Assembly: GCA_964624815.1 (NCBI GenBank)
Contig: CAZUZH010000002.1
Coordinates: forward strand, 10,049-55,308
Direction of reading: 5' to 3'
DNA length: 45,260 bases
From: an uncultured Candidatus Saccharibacteria bacterium
Lineage (GTDB): Bacteria; Patescibacteriota; Minisyncoccia; Minisyncoccales; CAZUZH01
Shown: one piece after another, positions 42,091-45,260 of the stretch
How the letters are laid out: every line of letters begins with the position of its first letter
Numbering within the stretch: the first letter of the stretch is position 1
Position numbers and translations under genes: made by a program
Notes under the pieces: model-generated
What the model was told of the DNA's origin: nothing
What the model saw: only the letters and a program-made list of their open reading frames with translations
Database searches by the model: none

Positions 42091-43497
42091 TTATTTTAAC
42101 ATTTTCCCTTTTAATCCAAAAGAATCAGCTTTGAAGATTTTGACAGTATCTATATTACCAATATCTATTTTTTGTTCTTTGTTCTTTATTCTTTGTTTAA
42201 TTTTCACCGTCTTAAAACTCCTTGTTTTGCCCAAAACAAAGCCATCTTTGATTTTCTCAATCAAGACTTTCACAGTTTTACCAATATATTTTTTATTTTT
42301 TTCAAGGGCGGTTTTTTTGAGAATGTCAGTGAGAATTTTCTCCCCGCGCTTTTTCTCTTGGGAAGAAATATTGTCTTTCATTTTGAAAGCGACAGTGTCG
42401 GGCCGGGGTGAATAGCGGGCGATATATGCCATATCAAATTTTATTTCTCTCATCAATTTAACGGTATTTTCAAACTGCTTTTTTGTTTCTCCGGGAAACC
42501 CGACAATAATATCAGTTGAAATAGCTACCGGTAAACTTTTTGGCCGATATTTTTTGAAAGCAGTTCTGATTTTTTTAATTAAGTTTTTGTAATGAGCAAC
42601 CGTATAATGCCGGTTCATTTTTTTAAGGATTATATTATCGCCGCTTTGAATGGGCAAATGGACATATTCGCAAACTTTTTTACATTTTGCCATTGTCTCA
42701 ATCAATTCATCAGACATATCTTTGGGATGGGACGAAGTAAACCTGATCCAAAAATCTCCGGGAATATCATTTACCATCCTTAAAAGTTTAGCAAAATTAA
42801 TTTTTCGCGTCTGTTTCGCGCTTGCCCCGTTAGATACGAAGTTATCTAACGTGGTGAATTTTGCGTCTGTTTTGCGGTGAACTCCGTAGGAGTTAACATT
42901 TTGACCGAGCAGCCAGATTTCTTTATATCCTTTTTTGATTAAATTTTTGACTTCGGCTAAAACTTCATCAACTGACCGGCAAACTTCCGGTCCCCTAGTA
43001 TAAGGAACAACACAATAAGCGCAGGAATTATTACATCCGTTAGAAATGGGAATAAAAGCGCTAAAAGAATTTTTATATTTCGGTTCAATTTTGAAGCAAT
43101 TATTAAGTCCGTCTTTATTATAACGCTTATTTAGCAAGCGGCCGCATGTTAAATGAGTGTTTCTCAATTTTTCCGTCCAGTTTGGCAGATCGCGGATGTC
43201 TAAAATTAAATCAAAATCTTGGGCGAATTTTTTTATATCTTTTTTTAATATACAACCCGTAAGTATAGTTTTCAGTTTTGAGTTTTGAGTTTTGAGTTTG
43301 GCAAAATCTTTGATTTTGCCGTAAACCCTATCAACGGCTGATTGGCGTACCGAACACATATTAACTACGATTAAATCAGCTTCATTCATTCTTGAGGTTT
43401 TTTTGTATCCAATTTTTTCCAAAAGCCCTGCAATCCGTTCGCTATCACTCTTATTCATCTGACATCCGTATGTGATTATTGTGTATTGTTTAGCCAT
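42091..43497 (-). CDS. miaB: tRNA-i6A37 methylthiotransferase MiaB
   Basis: N-terminal TYGCQMNKSDSE, radical-SAM CNNSCAYCVVP and a C-terminal TRAM-like region. It is adjacent to miaA. Confidence 0.9.
   Translation of the reverse strand: MAKQYTIITYGCQMNKSDSERIAGLLEKIGYKKTSRMNEADLIVVNMCSVRQSAVDRVYGKIKDFAKLKTQNSKLKTILTGCILKKDIKKFAQDFDLILDIRDLPNWTEKLRNTHLTCGRLLNKRYNKDGLNNCFKIEPKYKNSFSAFIPISNGCNNSCAYCVVPYTRGPEVCRSVDEVLAEVKNLIKKGYKEIWLLGQNVNSYGVHRKTDAKFTTLDNFVSNGASAKQTRKINFAKLLRMVNDIPGDFWIRFTSSHPKDMSDELIETMAKCKKVCEYVHLPIQSGDNIILKKMNRHYTVAHYKNLIKKIRTAFKKYRPKSLPVAISTDIIVGFPGETKKQFENTVKLMREIKFDMAYIARYSPRPDTVAFKMKDNISSQEKKRGEKILTDILKKTALEKNKKYIGKTVKVLIEKIKDGFVLGKTRSFKTVKIKQRIKNKEQKIDIGNIDTVKIFKADSFGLKGKMLK
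42825..42854. repeat. CCCCGTTAGATA / TATCTAACGTGG hairpin inside miaB
   Basis: 12-nt arms (11/12) with a 6-nt loop, translated on the minus strand as TLDNFVSNG. Confidence 0.8.
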
Positions 43498-43504
43498 TTA
43501 TTCA

Positions 43505-43760
43505 TCCTTACCCCGCATCAATTTTGCCACCGCAAACAGAACAGAGCAAGATAATAATTAATTAACCGTAAAACTCTCGCAGTCCGCGTGTGCCGAATAG
43601 GTAGATCCTTATCCGCCGAAGGCGGATTGGGCGAAGCGGGCTGCCATAGAATATCACGCAAAATTTGGTGCGGGGTGACACCCATATGTAATGATATAGT
43701 ATTTCATAAGCAAGTAGAGGCCCGTCCTCTACCTAAAATGTACAGACACCGGGTCTCTGT
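43505..43760 (-). ncRNA. unidentified structured RNA / long miaB leader
   Basis: The long-range stem 43511-43526 / 43659-43675 encloses a C(UUCG)G-capped hairpin (43611-43627 read on the minus strand). A further hairpin is at 43712-43730. Locally GC-rich, with no credible ORF. Confidence 0.35.
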
Positions 43761-43775
43761 GAATTTATTTTACAA

Positions 43776-43810
43776 CAAAAAAACAGGCTTCGCAATGAGC
43801 CTGTTTTTTT
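43776..43810. terminator. bidirectional intrinsic terminator
   Basis: An A-run, the stem caggct / agcctg, then a T-run. Confidence 0.7.
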
Positions 43811-43828
43811 GTTATAACTTCAAAATTT

Positions 43829-44803
43829 TTATTCAGTTTTTTTTCTTTCTTCTAATCTTTTTTCTATTCTTTCTTTTGCCTTTATAATCTTTTCTTTAAG
43901 TTCAAGCGCTTTAGGAGTTTCAGGAACTTTTTCTATCTCAAGCTTAAAGTCTCTTAAAATCTCAATATGTTTTTCTTTAACTCCGCCGATTTTGTCCAGA
44001 TAATCTTTAAATTTTTCTTGGTCTTCTGAAGACATTTTTTCCAAATCTCCCTTTAACCTTTTTAAACTATTTTCCTGAGCTTTTTGGATTGCTTCTTTGG
44101 CTTGCTCTGGAACTTTTTCCGCTAATTCCAGTAAAATCTCCAAGTTCTTAAAATTTTTATATTTACTTCCTTCAACTTTTTCCAAATTAGTTTCTAATCT
44201 TTCTGGCAATTTATCCGTATCCTCAAGTTTCAGCATAACATCTTTAAATTTCTCCAAATGTTCTTCCCTGGCTTGTTTAATTTTCTCAAAAGCTTCTATT
44301 GGAACTTGGTTTTCCAGTTTTTCCAAGATCCGGTTATGCAGAACTTGATGCTGGATAAATTTATTCAGGAATTTTTCCACCTCTGGATTCTCTTCTGCTT
44401 TTTTCTTTATTTTATCAACAGCCTCTTTCATCTCGTCTAGTTCTTGTTGGTAATTTTCAATTGCCTCTTCAATAATTTCAGCCCTTATTGTTTTTCGGCT
44501 CAATTTTTGGAGTTCCATTAATTTTTCGTTAGTAAATCTTTCTCTGAGTTCAGCTTTGGCAATTGGACTAAAAGCAAAGAAAAGCCGAATTTTCCTGCCC
44601 CAATTTTTCAAAAAGTAAAGAGGATTGTCTGGCAAAAGCTTCGGTTCTTTTGTATCTAAATCCTCTGACTCAACTTCTTCGTCAAGAGCCACATCTTCAT
44701 TAACGTCTGTGGCTGATTCTTCTTGAGATAGAACTGTAAATCCAGTGCTTAATAGTAACCCCCCCACAATTAGAATGAGAGATAATTTTATTGATTTTTT
44801 CAT
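43829..44803 (-). CDS. secreted coiled-coil protein, DUF5667-like
   Basis: Signal/TM MKKSIKLSLILIVGGLLL, then the LLPDNPLYFLKNWGRKI motif recalled from DUF5667-type Patescibacteria proteins, then a long E/K-rich coiled coil. Confidence 0.65.
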   Translation of the reverse strand: MKKSIKLSLILIVGGLLLSTGFTVLSQEESATDVNEDVALDEEVESEDLDTKEPKLLPDNPLYFLKNWGRKIRLFFAFSPIAKAELRERFTNEKLMELQKLSRKTIRAEIIEEAIENYQQELDEMKEAVDKIKKKAEENPEVEKFLNKFIQHQVLHNRILEKLENQVPIEAFEKIKQAREEHLEKFKDVMLKLEDTDKLPERLETNLEKVEGSKYKNFKNLEILLELAEKVPEQAKEAIQKAQENSLKRLKGDLEKMSSEDQEKFKDYLDKIGGVKEKHIEILRDFKLEIEKVPETPKALELKEKIIKAKERIEKRLEERKKTE

Positions 44804-44926
44804 TTTTTGGCTACGAAATACGAAAATTTTACGAATATACGAAATTAGACAATCACACATATATTGCTATCGCCATATATGTATGATCGGGCGGTATTAC
44901 TGTTAATAGTCTTTGTGTATTCGTAA

Positions 44927-45260
44927 TTATTCGTAGTTCGTAGAGATATTATTTTTTTTAAATTCTATTTCTCTTTTAACTTTCTCTAAAAATTTCTCCA
45001 GTTTCATCATCCCCAAGTCCTTGTTTTTGGAGCGGAGCCGGACGGAATTGGATTTCATTTCTTTGTCGCCGACTACTAAGATATAGGGGATTTTTTGGAG
45101 TTCGGCTTCGCGCACTCTTTTAGAAACCGTTTCGTTTTCGTCTTTCACTTCTACTCTAAAGGAGCTAAGCTCCTTTTTAACTTGTTGGGCGAATTTTTTA
45201 TGGCTGGAGCCGAGCGGAATAATCCAGACCTGAACCGGAGCCAGCCACAAAGGCAGGGCA
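44927..45260 (-). CDS. thrS: threonyl-tRNA synthetase, C-terminal anticodon-binding domain (partial, runs off the window)
   Basis: WLAPVQVWIIP..., IPYILVVGDKE and VRLRSK match the class II HGTP anticodon-binding domain as in ThrS. Confidence 0.75.
   Translation of the reverse strand, partial: ALPLWLAPVQVWIIPLGSSHKKFAQQVKKELSSFRVEVKDENETVSKRVREAELQKIPYILVVGDKEMKSNSVRLRSKNKDLGMMKLEKFLEKVKREIEFKKNNISTNYE

Noticed and set aside
43588-43887. 99-aa plus-strand ORF upstream of miaB
   Set aside because: It has no SD, crosses multiple strong hairpins and a bidirectional terminator, and ends in low-complexity F/L-rich translation of the antisense of the next gene.

Overview
This window is an AT-rich bacterial chromosome segment (GC judged by eye, not computed). 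The gene content and style suggest a reduced-genome Patescibacteria/CPR-like organism; that assignment is an inference. Most of the window is a dense housekeeping backbone. It includes murB, secA, secD/secF, pgk, a RecJ-like DHH protein, rnhA, RNase P RNA, murJ, lepA, prfB with its canonical +1 frameshift, ftsE/ftsX, ftsZ, galU, trxB, eno, archaeal-type apgM, thyX, deoC, gatB, miaA/miaB and a thrS fragment. I could fold three intact tRNAs: Gly-CCC, Thr-CGU and Gln-CUG. TGA is used as a stop, so the standard bacterial code applies. I saw no rRNA, CRISPR array, reverse transcriptase or integrase.

The unusual content falls into four groups:
1. There are several families of small palindromic elements. 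One is a 21-nt REP-like palindrome with a flanked HUH/Y1 (RAYT-like) transposase gene. The others are a CCCGTTAGA...TCTAACGGG hairpin family, a GC-rich hairpin family, and AT-rich word-repeat spacers. Copies of these sit in frame inside essential genes (RAYT itself, murB, pgk, galU, trxB, miaA, miaB).
2. A compositionally foreign, GC-rich cassette lies at about 26.5-29.0 kb. It carries two unrecognisable ORFs, each with its own promoter, SD and terminator. It is bounded on the left by tRNA-Gln and a truncated LAGLIDADG gene, and on the right by a nested inverted repeat with tRNA T-arm-like sequence.
3. tRNA-derived fragments are scattered around the tRNA loci and upstream of secA.
4. There are several unassigned structured-RNA candidates and micro-ORFs.

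All calls come from reading the sequence and recalling motifs. No searches were run.
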